Source: a virus (taxonomy: Duplodnaviria; Caudoviricetes). From it: 27,374 bases of DNA. The DNA lies in IMG/VR virus record IMGVR_UViG_3300017913_001636, positions 1-27,374 of that record; one strand, written 5' to 3'. Below are positions 8,901 to 17,321 of this stretch, in pieces. The translations under genes and the position numbers were made by a program. The stretch's first letter is position 1. Each line of letters begins with the position of its first letter. The notes beneath the pieces were generated by a model that had not been told where the DNA came from, ran no database searches, and was given only the letters and a program-made list of their open reading frames with translations.

Positions 8901-9276
8901 TTGCTGTTGAACTTGCTGTCAACGCACCTAAGTCTACATCTGCACGAACAACATATGCTCTGTTGCTAACACCCAAATAACTATAAGCAGCTTGTAAACC
9001 GTATTCGTTTTGTTCACCGCCGTGTATAGGGTTGTTATTAGCGTCAGTGTAAAATAATGGATCGCCAAATGTTTCAACAAGTTCACGCTGCGATGTCATC
9101 AAATATACGTTACCAGCATTTGCCTTTGTTGTTCCCGGTGCTATTCCTGTGCCTGCACCGTTTAATTTGTTTTCGCCTGTAGCGACAAAAATAATCGGAG
9201 TAGTGCCCGGTTCTGCTGGAGTGTAAAAACTCTCGTCAATAACGCTGACCTCTACACCTGGTGATGTTAATGCCAT
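5932..9276 (-). CDS. gp18: Contractile tail sheath protein (gp18-like) with large internal insertion
   Basis: Starts MALTSPGVEVSVIDES. C-terminal sheath motifs PWFAPAGTRRG, LYQNNVNPI, DRVNVARL, FEPND, VVCDETNNTP and IEPVKAVEFIYI. SD AAGGAG. 1114 aa. Confidence 0.96.
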   Translation of the reverse strand: MALTSPGVEVSVIDESFYTPAEPGTTPIIFVATGENKLNGAGTGIAPGTTKANAGNVYLMTSQRELVETFGDPLFYTDANNNPIHGGEQNEYGLQAAYSYLGVSNRAYVVRADVDLGALTASSTATTDDPADGTYWFDTSASMFGIFEWDGSALTTSNTDGQSFTAKTPIVLTSTTNTATSSPYTPKASVGAVGDYAVTAISNVIRTWYKADDGDWVQVGSADWKDSWPSAQGTVSSPTFTVSDTFVIAIAGAGGTPYTISATGTTLTSFVSDINTALSGTGVRAASKNNRLTFYNNGSTADAITLTDGSGTPLATAGITAGTYYAPKLQSSAHTSVPEYKTGDTESRPTGSVWVKTTSPNSGASWKVKRWDDAAGTWNTIDSPIYATNHAAIYDLDASGGGSNIGAGALYVQVNQDEASTNLADYTIQVRRTGGALNITSSKVAAQLTDTTTYAFTIQETLANNANLQTAVNVSFTAGGDADDADLLAGAINSAGLTNVVASVDSLNRVVITHRKGGEIRFVDTDGALTLIGFTPYNYTAKTGTVGLSYVPGTTSSTDPKQLLASNWDELTYTAKATAVTALAADGALWYSSIVDEVDILVHNGSAWVGLNYDGTSGVDSTESPYYNSDSSLAPDPEGPIVSASEPEDGDRSDGENLVTGDIWISTADLENYPTIYRYNGTLSKWDLLDTTDQTTENGVLFADARWSTNGGTSTAHEAGTIETMLTSDFVDPDCPDPALYPKGMLLWNTRRSGFNVKKFVRNSIDLTAKNKRQADAAMTNYYPHRWVTESGNNADGSGTFGRHAVRKVVVQQLQATINENQDIRDDESRIYNLIATPGYPELIGEMITLNYDRGLTAFVVGDSPMRLTPDATSLGNWAANVNSAVEDNDDGLVSRDEYLGVYYPSGFTSDNAGNNIVVPPSHMVLRTFALNDQVAYPWFAPAGTRRGGVSNATSTGYINSEGEFVSAALNEGQRDTLYQNNVNPITFLTGAGLVIFGQKSRARSASALDRVNVARLVVYLRSQLNQLAKPYLFEPNDKITRDEIKQQVEALLVELVGLRALFDFLVVCDETNNTPSRIDRNELYVDIAIEPVKAVEFIYIPLRIKNTGEIAGL

Positions 9277-9309
9277 TTCAATTTCTCCTTATGGATTGTC
9301 TTCTAATAC

Positions 9310-9317
9310 TATTTAGC
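9310..9317 (-). promoter_or_regulatory. Putative late promoter GCTAAATA for the sheath gene
   Basis: TAAATA lies 33 nt upstream of ATG 9276 and is followed by an AAGGAG SD. Confidence 0.65.
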
Positions 9318-9367
9318 AGATCTGGTGCAAAAATAGGGGTTTTTGCAGTTAAGTGCGTATTTAATGA

Positions 9368-9396
9368 TTGACAATGTTATCAAAGTATATTAATAT
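9368..9396 (+). promoter_or_regulatory. Sigma70-type (early) promoter
   Basis: TTGACA (9368-9373), 17-nt spacer, TAATAT (9391-9396), then SD GAGG and ATG 9418. Confidence 0.75.
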
Positions 9397-9417
9397 AACT
9401 AGAAATGAGGTTATACT

Positions 9418-9690
9418 ATGTCAATTGATTACAAATACAATGAAGGTGCATTGATTCAAGAATTACAAGATTATGTTGATGCAACATACAACGAGCATTA
9501 CAGTTTAAATAAATTTCAAGCAACAGAATTTATTATCGATGCAGGACACGGTGATGGGTTTTGTTTGGGCAATGTAATGAAATATGCTCAACGCTATGGT
9601 AAAAAAGATGGCTACAATCGTAAAGATTTGTTAAAAGTTTTGCATTATGCTTTGATTGAATTGTATGTTCACGACAAAGAAGGGCGTTAA
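9418..9690 (+). CDS. DUF3310-like protein (T7 gp1.7 nucleotide kinase/SaV-related)
   Basis: 90 aa with the HY...GFCLGNVMKYAQRYGKKDG...DLLKVLHY signature. Confidence 0.75.
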   Translation: MSIDYKYNEGALIQELQDYVDATYNEHYSLNKFQATEFIIDAGHGDGFCLGNVMKYAQRYGKKDGYNRKDLLKVLHYALIELYVHDKEGR

Positions 9691-10451
9691 CCTATAGTAA
9701 ATGAATAGCCTACACCGCCTGGAACTTGTGTCATAATTTCCATCTCAAGTTTTTCCATCTCGGTTTGAGCTTCTGCTTTTAAACTTGCACCATTTAATGT
9801 AGTGCCACCTTGTGGACCAGCAATATTTCCAAATTTTTCTCTAGCTTCGCCTAGCATAAATTTACAGCTTGCTAGTGTATAATCTTTTAACCACTGCTTG
9901 GCTAGATAATCATCTAGCAGTTGTGCATCTGGTCGATAATTATAAACTTCTAACAAAACTTCTTCATTTGCTCTAGGTCTTTGTAACAGCGTTAATTTTT
10001 TTGTTGTGCTGTTCCAGTTGAATTCTATGAAGCTACCAAACATACGACCAACTAGTTCTTGCTGTTGTGAAAAGAAATCATAAGTTGCAAGTCCACCAAT
10101 ACCGCTACCTGCTAACAAGTAAGTATTTGTGTATGCCAAGTTAAATGGTTCAAACAATGTGCCGCCGTCACCACCGCCACTGCGTGATCCTACACTTCTA
10201 CGATAAATTTTATTGACTTCAATTATTTCGTGTGGCAGTGTATACCCGTTTGTATCTTCTAATAGTTTTAATGTAACATAACTTTCTTCAACTGCATTGT
10301 CGCTGCGCATTCTGTATCTAGTCAGTGCTTTTGTAAGTGCAGTTTCGTAATGCACAGGGTCTAGTTCTACATCAACCATACCGCCGCCTAAGAATGCGTG
10401 AACGTAATCAAATACGTCTTGTTTTTTTGTTACTAAATTATCGTCTGCCAT
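9687..10451 (-). CDS. gp13: Neck protein (gp13-like)
   Basis: LGGGMVDVELD, WLKDYTLA, REKFGNIAGPQGGTTLNG and the terminal FTIG are typical of gp13. SD GGAG. Confidence 0.9.
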   Translation of the reverse strand: MADDNLVTKKQDVFDYVHAFLGGGMVDVELDPVHYETALTKALTRYRMRSDNAVEESYVTLKLLEDTNGYTLPHEIIEVNKIYRRSVGSRSGGGDGGTLFEPFNLAYTNTYLLAGSGIGGLATYDFFSQQQELVGRMFGSFIEFNWNSTTKKLTLLQRPRANEEVLLEVYNYRPDAQLLDDYLAKQWLKDYTLASCKFMLGEAREKFGNIAGPQGGTTLNGASLKAEAQTEMEKLEMEIMTQVPGGVGYSFTIG

Positions 10452-10466
10452 TTTTAGTCTCCATAG

Positions 10467-10481
10467 TATTTATGCTAAATA
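10467..10481. promoter_or_regulatory. Back-to-back divergent late promoters
   Basis: TATTTA-TGC-TAAATA inverted pair in the 35-nt gap between the gp13 (minus) and gp14 (plus) starts. Confidence 0.72.
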
Positions 10482-10486
10482 TGTAT

Positions 10487-11647
10487 ATGCCAAGACTTAG
10501 CTTATATAAACCAAACAAAACTTTTGATTACGAATTTATGGATAAAGTGATCTATGAACAGTTTTCTGTTGGCGGCACTGATTTGTTTATTCACAAGTAT
10601 TTGGGTCCAAGAAATCCTGATACAGATGATGCAACCGAGGATCAGCCAAGGTATTCATCAGTTGACGAATTAAACATTCAAGATATGTTGTTTTTAGAAA
10701 ATCGTGATAGAAAATACGATGAAGATATTTACACACTGCGTGGTGTTTACAATGTGCAAGATCAAGATTTTGATTTAAGTCAGTTTGGATTATTTTTAAG
10801 CAACGACACACTGTTTATGACCATACACATCAACAGTAGTGTAAAAACGCTTGGTAGAAAAATTATTTCAGGCGATGTAATAGAATTACCGCACCTCAAA
10901 GACGAATATGCATTAAACGATTACAGTGTTGCACTCAAAAGGTTTTATGTTGTAGATGAAGTTGCAAGAGCAGCAGAAGGCTTCAGCCAAACTTGGTATC
11001 CACATCTGTATAGATTAAGATTGAAGCAAATCTATGACGGACAAGAATACAAAGAAATATTAGATGTAAATGCAGAAGATGAAGATAATCCAAACGCAAC
11101 ACTGCGTGATGTGTTGAGCACATACGAAAAAGAAATGCAAATCAACGATGCAATTATTGCACAAGCAGAAGCAGATGCACCAATGTCAGGATATGAAACA
11201 TCTCATTTTTACACATTAACAGTCAATGAAGTTGGAGAACTAAGCATTGTTAGTGCTGACTACGATTCATTATTAGCAGATGGCACAATTGATGTTGACA
11301 CTGTATTTGTTCCACCTGATGGAACTGGTTATAGAGGTTACCTTGTAGGTGACGGTTTACCTCCTAATGGTGCTAGATATGGAAGTGGAAATAGTTTTCC
11401 AACTGAATCTGATTTCGGAGATTATTTTTTACGTGTTGATCTAAGTCCAAGTAGATTATATTTTTATGATGGAAACAGTTGGAGAAAAGTAGAAGATGCA
11501 GTTCGTCAAACAATGACAAATACCGATACTAGAGAGACACAACGAACATCGTTCATAAACAATACTACTGTAAACACAATTATGGGCGAAAGTGTAACTG
11601 AAAGACAAGCTCTTAGCAAAGCTCTAAAAATAAAGGCAGATAACTGA
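10487..11647 (+). CDS. gp14: Neck protein (gp14-like, head closure)
   Basis: Start moved from 10337 to ATG 10487 (MPRLSLYKP) to avoid overlap with gp13. Motifs IQDMLFLENRDRKY, FDLSQFGLFL and GDVIELP. It sits between gp13 and gp15. Confidence 0.8.
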   Translation: MPRLSLYKPNKTFDYEFMDKVIYEQFSVGGTDLFIHKYLGPRNPDTDDATEDQPRYSSVDELNIQDMLFLENRDRKYDEDIYTLRGVYNVQDQDFDLSQFGLFLSNDTLFMTIHINSSVKTLGRKIISGDVIELPHLKDEYALNDYSVALKRFYVVDEVARAAEGFSQTWYPHLYRLRLKQIYDGQEYKEILDVNAEDEDNPNATLRDVLSTYEKEMQINDAIIAQAEADAPMSGYETSHFYTLTVNEVGELSIVSADYDSLLADGTIDVDTVFVPPDGTGYRGYLVGDGLPPNGARYGSGNSFPTESDFGDYFLRVDLSPSRLYFYDGNSWRKVEDAVRQTMTNTDTRETQRTSFINNTTVNTIMGESVTERQALSKALKIKADN

Positions 11648-13353
11648 TGCAGTTTTTTTATGACGGACAGATACGTAGATATCTAACACAAATAATAAGA
11701 GCATTTAGTAGTTTTAGCTATCAAGACGGCAACGGTGCATTAGTGCAAGTTCCTGTGATGTATGGCGACATTACACGACAAGTTGCAAGTATTATTACTG
11801 AAAACAGTGAAAATAAATTACCAAGTGCACCAAGAATGGGTGTTTATGTTACTGGCATGGAAATGGACAGAACACGTTTAGCTGACAGTAGCTTTGTAAG
11901 CAAAGTCAATATTAGAGAAAGAGCATACGATAGTGATGCAGGCGAGTATCTTACAGAACAAGCCAAAGGTTACACAGTTGAAAGACTGATGCCAACACCT
12001 TACACACTCAGTGTAAATGTAGATGTTTGGAGCACAAACACAGAACAAAAATTACAAATACTTGAACAAATTTTTATGTTGTTCAATCCTAGTTTAGAAT
12101 TTCAAACCAATGACAATTACATAGATTGGACAAGTCTAAGTGTGCTAGAATTGGATAATATCAATTTCAGTAGTAGAACAATACCGATGGGAACATCGAC
12201 TGAAATAGAAGTTGCTACATTAGGATTTACTGCTCCAATATTTATTTCACCACCTGTAAAAGTTAAAAAGCTGGGTATTATTACAGATATCATAACCAGT
12301 ATATTCAATCAAGATGCTGGAACAATCAGCTTAGAAGGATTCAATCCTCCAACTGGCGGATCGCTAGGAGCAGCAGAAGGTGTTACTGTTTTACCAGACG
12401 GAACTTTAGTAAACGAGGATGGTGTTGGTATACAAAAAGTAATACAAACAGGCGGAAATTTAGATTTGGAAAATCCATTGGTTGCAAGTTATAGAAACTT
12501 TGATTTGATTATTGATAACGAAACTGGACAATTGGTTAAAAATGGTAGATTGCGTATAGGAGAAATCAATTGGTTGAATGTTTTAGAAGTAGAACTACCT
12601 GCAAAATATCAACCTGGTATTAGTCAAATAAGAATACGTAGAGCAGAACTGTTAACTCCTATTGTAGGAACTTTTGAACTGGCTCGCAACGACGACTTTA
12701 CTATTGACATCACATGGGACGAAGACACACTACCAGCTGACACTGTGTTACAAGGTCCTGTGAAAACAGCAGGCACAATTGATAAAGTTGTAGATCCACA
12801 AAAATTTGCTCCACCTAATATAAAACCAGGTGGCTTGCGATATTTGCTTACGAATCCACTAGGATATAAAGCACAGCGTTCATATACAGCAGAATCAAAA
12901 ACAACAAGAATAGATACAGATATTGATTACCTTATTGATGATACACTTTCAGGAAGTTTGCCTGGAAGAAGATTAGATACTGTTACAAGTTACATTGTTA
13001 CAGTAAATGGTGATGCAGTTTCATCTACAAGCCAAAATATTGATGGTAAATTTGTAATAATTTTATCTCAAGCACCAGATATAGGTGATGTTGTTGAATA
13101 TACATTGAACTTGAACGAAGACGGTCCTGATGCATGGAAAAATTTAGATGGCACTGATTTCCTTGCCGATGCCAACGATATTGTCGAATGGGATGGAACA
13201 AAATGGCATGTTATTTTCGATGCTAGTGCAACTTCTACAACAACATATGTAACTAATCTAGGTTCAACGGATCAAATTTATTGGAACAATTACTACTGGC
13301 AAAGTGCAGTTGATGGCTATTATCCAAGAGGATCTTGGGAAATAATTTTGTAA
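11647..13353 (+). CDS. gp15: Tail sheath stabiliser/terminator (gp15-like) with C-terminal extension
   Basis: MQFFYDGQIRRY, VPVMYG, PRMG, MPTPY and QILEQIFMLFNP are gp15 motifs. TGATG overlap with gp14. 568 aa. Confidence 0.88.
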   Translation: MQFFYDGQIRRYLTQIIRAFSSFSYQDGNGALVQVPVMYGDITRQVASIITENSENKLPSAPRMGVYVTGMEMDRTRLADSSFVSKVNIRERAYDSDAGEYLTEQAKGYTVERLMPTPYTLSVNVDVWSTNTEQKLQILEQIFMLFNPSLEFQTNDNYIDWTSLSVLELDNINFSSRTIPMGTSTEIEVATLGFTAPIFISPPVKVKKLGIITDIITSIFNQDAGTISLEGFNPPTGGSLGAAEGVTVLPDGTLVNEDGVGIQKVIQTGGNLDLENPLVASYRNFDLIIDNETGQLVKNGRLRIGEINWLNVLEVELPAKYQPGISQIRIRRAELLTPIVGTFELARNDDFTIDITWDEDTLPADTVLQGPVKTAGTIDKVVDPQKFAPPNIKPGGLRYLLTNPLGYKAQRSYTAESKTTRIDTDIDYLIDDTLSGSLPGRRLDTVTSYIVTVNGDAVSSTSQNIDGKFVIILSQAPDIGDVVEYTLNLNEDGPDAWKNLDGTDFLADANDIVEWDGTKWHVIFDASATSTTTYVTNLGSTDQIYWNNYYWQSAVDGYYPRGSWEIIL

Positions 13354-13366
13354 AATAACTATTTGT

Positions 13367-13798
13367 ATGAACAAAATTATTGGCAGCGGAGCTCTAGTTT
13401 ATGCTCTTGATACAAAACGTTTCCTACTACTGCACAGATCAAACGGAAAAACAAATAACCTTTGGGGATTAGTAGGTGGTAAAAACGAAGAAAAAGAAAC
13501 ACCGTGGGAAGGCTTGCAAAGAGAAATAGAAGAAGAAATAGGAAAAATATCTGTAGAAAAAACTATTCCTTTAGAAACTTTTATCAGCAGCGATAAGCAT
13601 TTTAATTTTCATACATATCTGTGCGTTGTCAAAAATGAATTCATTCCGCAATTAAATCATGAGCATGATGGATATGCTTGGGTATCTTTTAACAAATGGC
13701 CCAAGCCTATGCACCACGGATTACAAAATACATTACGTAATAAAAACAATCAAGAAAAACTTAAAACTGTTATTCGTCTTGTTGACTTGATGTTCTAA
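13367..13798 (+). CDS. Nudix hydrolase
   Basis: Nudix box G-KNEEK-E-TPWEGLQ-REIEEEIG, plus LNHEHDGYAW. Confidence 0.92.
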   Translation: MNKIIGSGALVYALDTKRFLLLHRSNGKTNNLWGLVGGKNEEKETPWEGLQREIEEEIGKISVEKTIPLETFISSDKHFNFHTYLCVVKNEFIPQLNHEHDGYAWVSFNKWPKPMHHGLQNTLRNKNNQEKLKTVIRLVDLMF

Positions 13799-16700
13799 AT
13801 TGTTCAGCAAGCCATTCAAAATCATTTATCTTTTTCAACTCTTCGGCGTTGTCTTTATTTTCTTCACCAAACAGTTTACCAGCTTTTGCGCCAGCAATTG
13901 CAAACTTGCCAAATGGTTTATCAGCACCTCTGGTGCACCAAGCTTCTAATCTAAATTCTGTTTCGTCGTCTTTTTGTCTAGCAATTGTTTTACTTGCTAA
14001 TTTTGCACATTCTCTAAATCCGCTACGCCATGCACTCAAAGCATCTGTATTAAATGCAGTGGTATTACTCATTTCATCAATGCCTTTGAATTTATCACTG
14101 ATACTTGTGGTCATGTCAGGTGTGTTAACATCAACATCTCTTGTTAATTGTGTTGGTAAAAGTTTTACTCCACCATAACCATATACAAGTCCGTTAATAG
14201 GATTAAAGCTGCGCCATACATGCACTGTGTCTTTGCCATCAATATCATAAGCAGGAACGTAGTGTTCAAAATCAAAGTTTTCTAATATTTCAGCATCTGC
14301 ATCAACTACCCAGAACATATCAGTTTCAACTAATTCGGCTGCACGTTTGTGAGCTTGATGAATACCTTTGATATTTTGAACTCGCTTTGCTCTAGGAAAA
14401 CGTTCACATAATAAATCATAATTTATATCTGCATTTGGCTCGCCGTTGCTTATAAAAACAATATCATAAGGATTAGGTGTGCTGACAGATACATCATATT
14501 CTTTTTTAATAGCAAAGAATCTATAATCAATTTCTCGTTGACTTATGTTAATATGTTTACTAATAAGTGCTACACCGTCATAGTAATCGCCATTTTTCCA
14601 AACGTGATTTATTTTTCTTTCGTATTGATTATGATGTGAAATGTAAAAGTTTTCATCAAAATTTGGATTCAGTGTAAAGCTGTTGTTGGTAATAAAGAAC
14701 ATGTCAACATTACAATCATTTTTTGCATCTAAGTAATCTTGATAAGAATTTACCTCATATATAGGAAATGGCTTCGGATTACTTGCAACAATTTCTTGCT
14801 CTTTTTTCTTAATGTAAAATCTATGTTCAATTTCTTTTTCACTAACTAAAACATTTTTACTAAACAAAACAAGTCCGTCGTATTCCTCACCATTTAAAAA
14901 CACGTGATTTATATTTCTATCAAATGTATTGTGATGGCTAAAATACAAATCAAAATCAAAATCTTCAACAATCTCTATATCAGACGGAATACCCCAAAAC
15001 ATTTCAGTGGTAGTATTATACAAAGCAGTGGTATAATCTTCGTAATTGTTTATTGTAAATGTGTCATATTTTTTCGGCGTGCTTGCTATTACATCATGTT
15101 CTTTTTTATCTGCATAAAATCTGTGTTCGACTTCTTTTTCAGACACAGGTTCACTTTTACTAAACAAACATATTCCATCATAGTGTTCTCCATTTAAAAA
15201 TACATGTGTAATAGATCTATCAAGTTGTGTATTATTTTTTACAGAATATTCTTGTATGTAAGATTCAAAATTAAATTCGTCATTTACAATTACATCAGTA
15301 GGTATTCCCCAAAACATATCTGTTTTAGTATTTTGTAATGCTAGTTGATAATCATCCCAATTGTCAATTGTAAATCTATCAAATTCTTTTGGTTTACTTA
15401 CAATCCAGTCATGTTCAATTCTATTTGCTAAAAATTTATAATCAAATTCTTTTTGTGAAACAGGAGATAGTTTGCTCATAAGCATGATACCATCATATGT
15501 TGAACCATTTTTAAATACGTGATTTGATTTACGATCTGTATTACCTTTTGAAATATAAAAGTCAAAAACAGTTTTGTCTAAAATAATAATATCATTTGGA
15601 ATAATAAAAAATAATTCACTGTGACTTTTTTCTAAACAATCCAAGTATTCTTCAAATGTATTAATATGATAATAATCAAACTTCTTAGGAATGCTTGCAA
15701 TTATATCATATTCTTTTTTATGTGCAATAAATTTATGTTCAAATTCTTTTTCAGTTATAGGAGAATGTTGACTGTATAATACAATACCATCTACGTTTTC
15801 GCCATTTTTAAAAACATGATTAATTGTTCTATCAAATTTGTTGTCATGAGTAAAATAATGATTGAATTCAAAATCAGGAGAAATGTTAACATCGGATGGC
15901 ACTGCATAAAACATCTCTGTTGAAGAAGTTTCTAGTGCTTCTTGATATTGTTTCCAAGTATCAACAATAAATGTTTGATAGGAAATTGGTTTACTAGCAA
16001 CTGTGTCATGTTCTTTTCTATTGATAATATGTCTGTATTCAAATTCTTTTTTGTCTAACGGAACATGTTTACTACACAAAAACAATCCATTAAAGAGCAC
16101 AGTATCGTTTACAAAATGTCCAAACACATGATTTATATTTCTATCATATGTGTTGTGATGTGTAAAATATAAATCAAAAGAAAATTCACTTGTGTCTATA
16201 TTTTTACTATCAATCCAAAACATATCTGTAGAAGAATTTTCCAATGCATAGTTGTATTCAACCCATGTATCAGCAGTAAATCTATCATAAGGTTTTGGCT
16301 GGCTTGCTACAATATCCCATTCTTTTTTGTTGCTTAAAAATCTATGTTCAAATTCCTTGCGTGTAATTGGAGCATGTGTAGATAATAACATAATGCCATC
16401 ATAAGAATCGTTGTTTAAGAAAACATGGTTAATTGTTCTGTCATACACATTTTGTTTTGAAAATGTTAAATTGAAATCAAACTCTTCATCAACAACTATA
16501 TCGTTTGGCACAAACCAAAACAAATCATCCGTTGTATAATTACATATTTTTTCGTAGTCTTCGAAGCTTGTAATATAGTGTGTAGCATATGGCTTAGGTG
16601 TGCTTGCCATAATACGTATTTCTTTTTTATTAGCATAAAAGCGATGTTCGAGTTCTTTTTCCGTAGGATTGTATTCTTTTGGAAACAATACTACACCGTC

Positions 16701-17321
16701 AAGTCTGTCAATGTCGCCATTGCCAAAAACATGAACAAAATCCAAACTCCAATCGTCAGGTTTGTAACTAAATTTGAATGTGTTTCTTATTACAGTATCA
16801 TCATACACTGCCCAAAACATATCAGTAAATGACTTTTCTTGTGCTTCCTGGTGTGTTGCTACCATTTGCGCACGAGGATGCTTTTCTTTCAACATAGAAA
16901 ATGCTGCACTGTCTGTGCCTATATGAAAAATGTCAAATTTGTCTTGACCTTTGTATACATCGTATTGTCCGCAGATAAATGTTTGTTGATTTTCTTCTAC
17001 TGCATCTAAATCTACATTTGTTGGAACCAGTCTTACACGCTTGTAATCAATTATCTTTCTGCTTTCTTTGTGCACATATGGAAAAGAATAAACAGCAGGT
17101 TCTAATTCAGGTGCAGGTTTGAAATACCAAGGAAAGCCAGGAAACGTAGTGATGCTCTGGTCAACTATCCAAACATATTTTGAATCATAATTTGATAAAT
17201 CAACATTATCAACATTGTCAGTTTTGACTACTGGAAACTGATCTAAAATATGATTTTTTAACCAATCCTGTCCGTTGTAGTTTGTTTTTTCAAATTTTTT
17301 AAATCTATCAAATGCTGTCAT
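13770..17321 (-). CDS. Tandem-repeat protein with C-terminal GT-A/GT2-like glycosyltransferase domain
   Basis: 1183 aa. Eight ~100-aa repeats (aa 129-951) precede YDIVFIS...GIHQAHKRAAELVETDMFWVVDAD...YGYGGVKLLP. The DxD motif is at 14295-14303. Confidence 0.75.
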   Translation of the reverse strand: MTAFDRFKKFEKTNYNGQDWLKNHILDQFPVVKTDNVDNVDLSNYDSKYVWIVDQSITTFPGFPWYFKPAPELEPAVYSFPYVHKESRKIIDYKRVRLVPTNVDLDAVEENQQTFICGQYDVYKGQDKFDIFHIGTDSAAFSMLKEKHPRAQMVATHQEAQEKSFTDMFWAVYDDTVIRNTFKFSYKPDDWSLDFVHVFGNGDIDRLDGVVLFPKEYNPTEKELEHRFYANKKEIRIMASTPKPYATHYITSFEDYEKICNYTTDDLFWFVPNDIVVDEEFDFNLTFSKQNVYDRTINHVFLNNDSYDGIMLLSTHAPITRKEFEHRFLSNKKEWDIVASQPKPYDRFTADTWVEYNYALENSSTDMFWIDSKNIDTSEFSFDLYFTHHNTYDRNINHVFGHFVNDTVLFNGLFLCSKHVPLDKKEFEYRHIINRKEHDTVASKPISYQTFIVDTWKQYQEALETSSTEMFYAVPSDVNISPDFEFNHYFTHDNKFDRTINHVFKNGENVDGIVLYSQHSPITEKEFEHKFIAHKKEYDIIASIPKKFDYYHINTFEEYLDCLEKSHSELFFIIPNDIIILDKTVFDFYISKGNTDRKSNHVFKNGSTYDGIMLMSKLSPVSQKEFDYKFLANRIEHDWIVSKPKEFDRFTIDNWDDYQLALQNTKTDMFWGIPTDVIVNDEFNFESYIQEYSVKNNTQLDRSITHVFLNGEHYDGICLFSKSEPVSEKEVEHRFYADKKEHDVIASTPKKYDTFTINNYEDYTTALYNTTTEMFWGIPSDIEIVEDFDFDLYFSHHNTFDRNINHVFLNGEEYDGLVLFSKNVLVSEKEIEHRFYIKKKEQEIVASNPKPFPIYEVNSYQDYLDAKNDCNVDMFFITNNSFTLNPNFDENFYISHHNQYERKINHVWKNGDYYDGVALISKHINISQREIDYRFFAIKKEYDVSVSTPNPYDIVFISNGEPNADINYDLLCERFPRAKRVQNIKGIHQAHKRAAELVETDMFWVVDADAEILENFDFEHYVPAYDIDGKDTVHVWRSFNPINGLVYGYGGVKLLPTQLTRDVDVNTPDMTTSISDKFKGIDEMSNTTAFNTDALSAWRSGFRECAKLASKTIARQKDDETEFRLEAWCTRGADKPFGKFAIAGAKAGKLFGEENKDNAEELKKINDFEWLAEQFRTSSQQDE
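14469..16937 (-). repeat. Eight diverged ~300-bp coding repeats
   Basis: Recurring consensus YD.F.I....DY..AL....T(D/E)MFW.(I/V)P.D.....F.F......N..DR.INHVF.NG..YDG..L.SK.....KE.EHRF...KKE....AS.PK. Confidence 0.92.

Noticed and set aside
499-8980. Short opposite-strand or alternate-frame ORFs over terL, gp4, tube and sheath (e.g. 3067..3708)
   Set aside because: They overlap well-supported genes and have no recognisable motifs.
9326-9347. Inverted repeat as an intrinsic terminator
   Set aside because: The stem is AT-rich with no following U tract on either strand. Kept only as a possible operator or structure.
10337-10486. Upstream extension of the gp14 ORF in the track
   Set aside because: It overlaps gp13 on the other strand. 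ATG 10487 fits the promoter spacing better.
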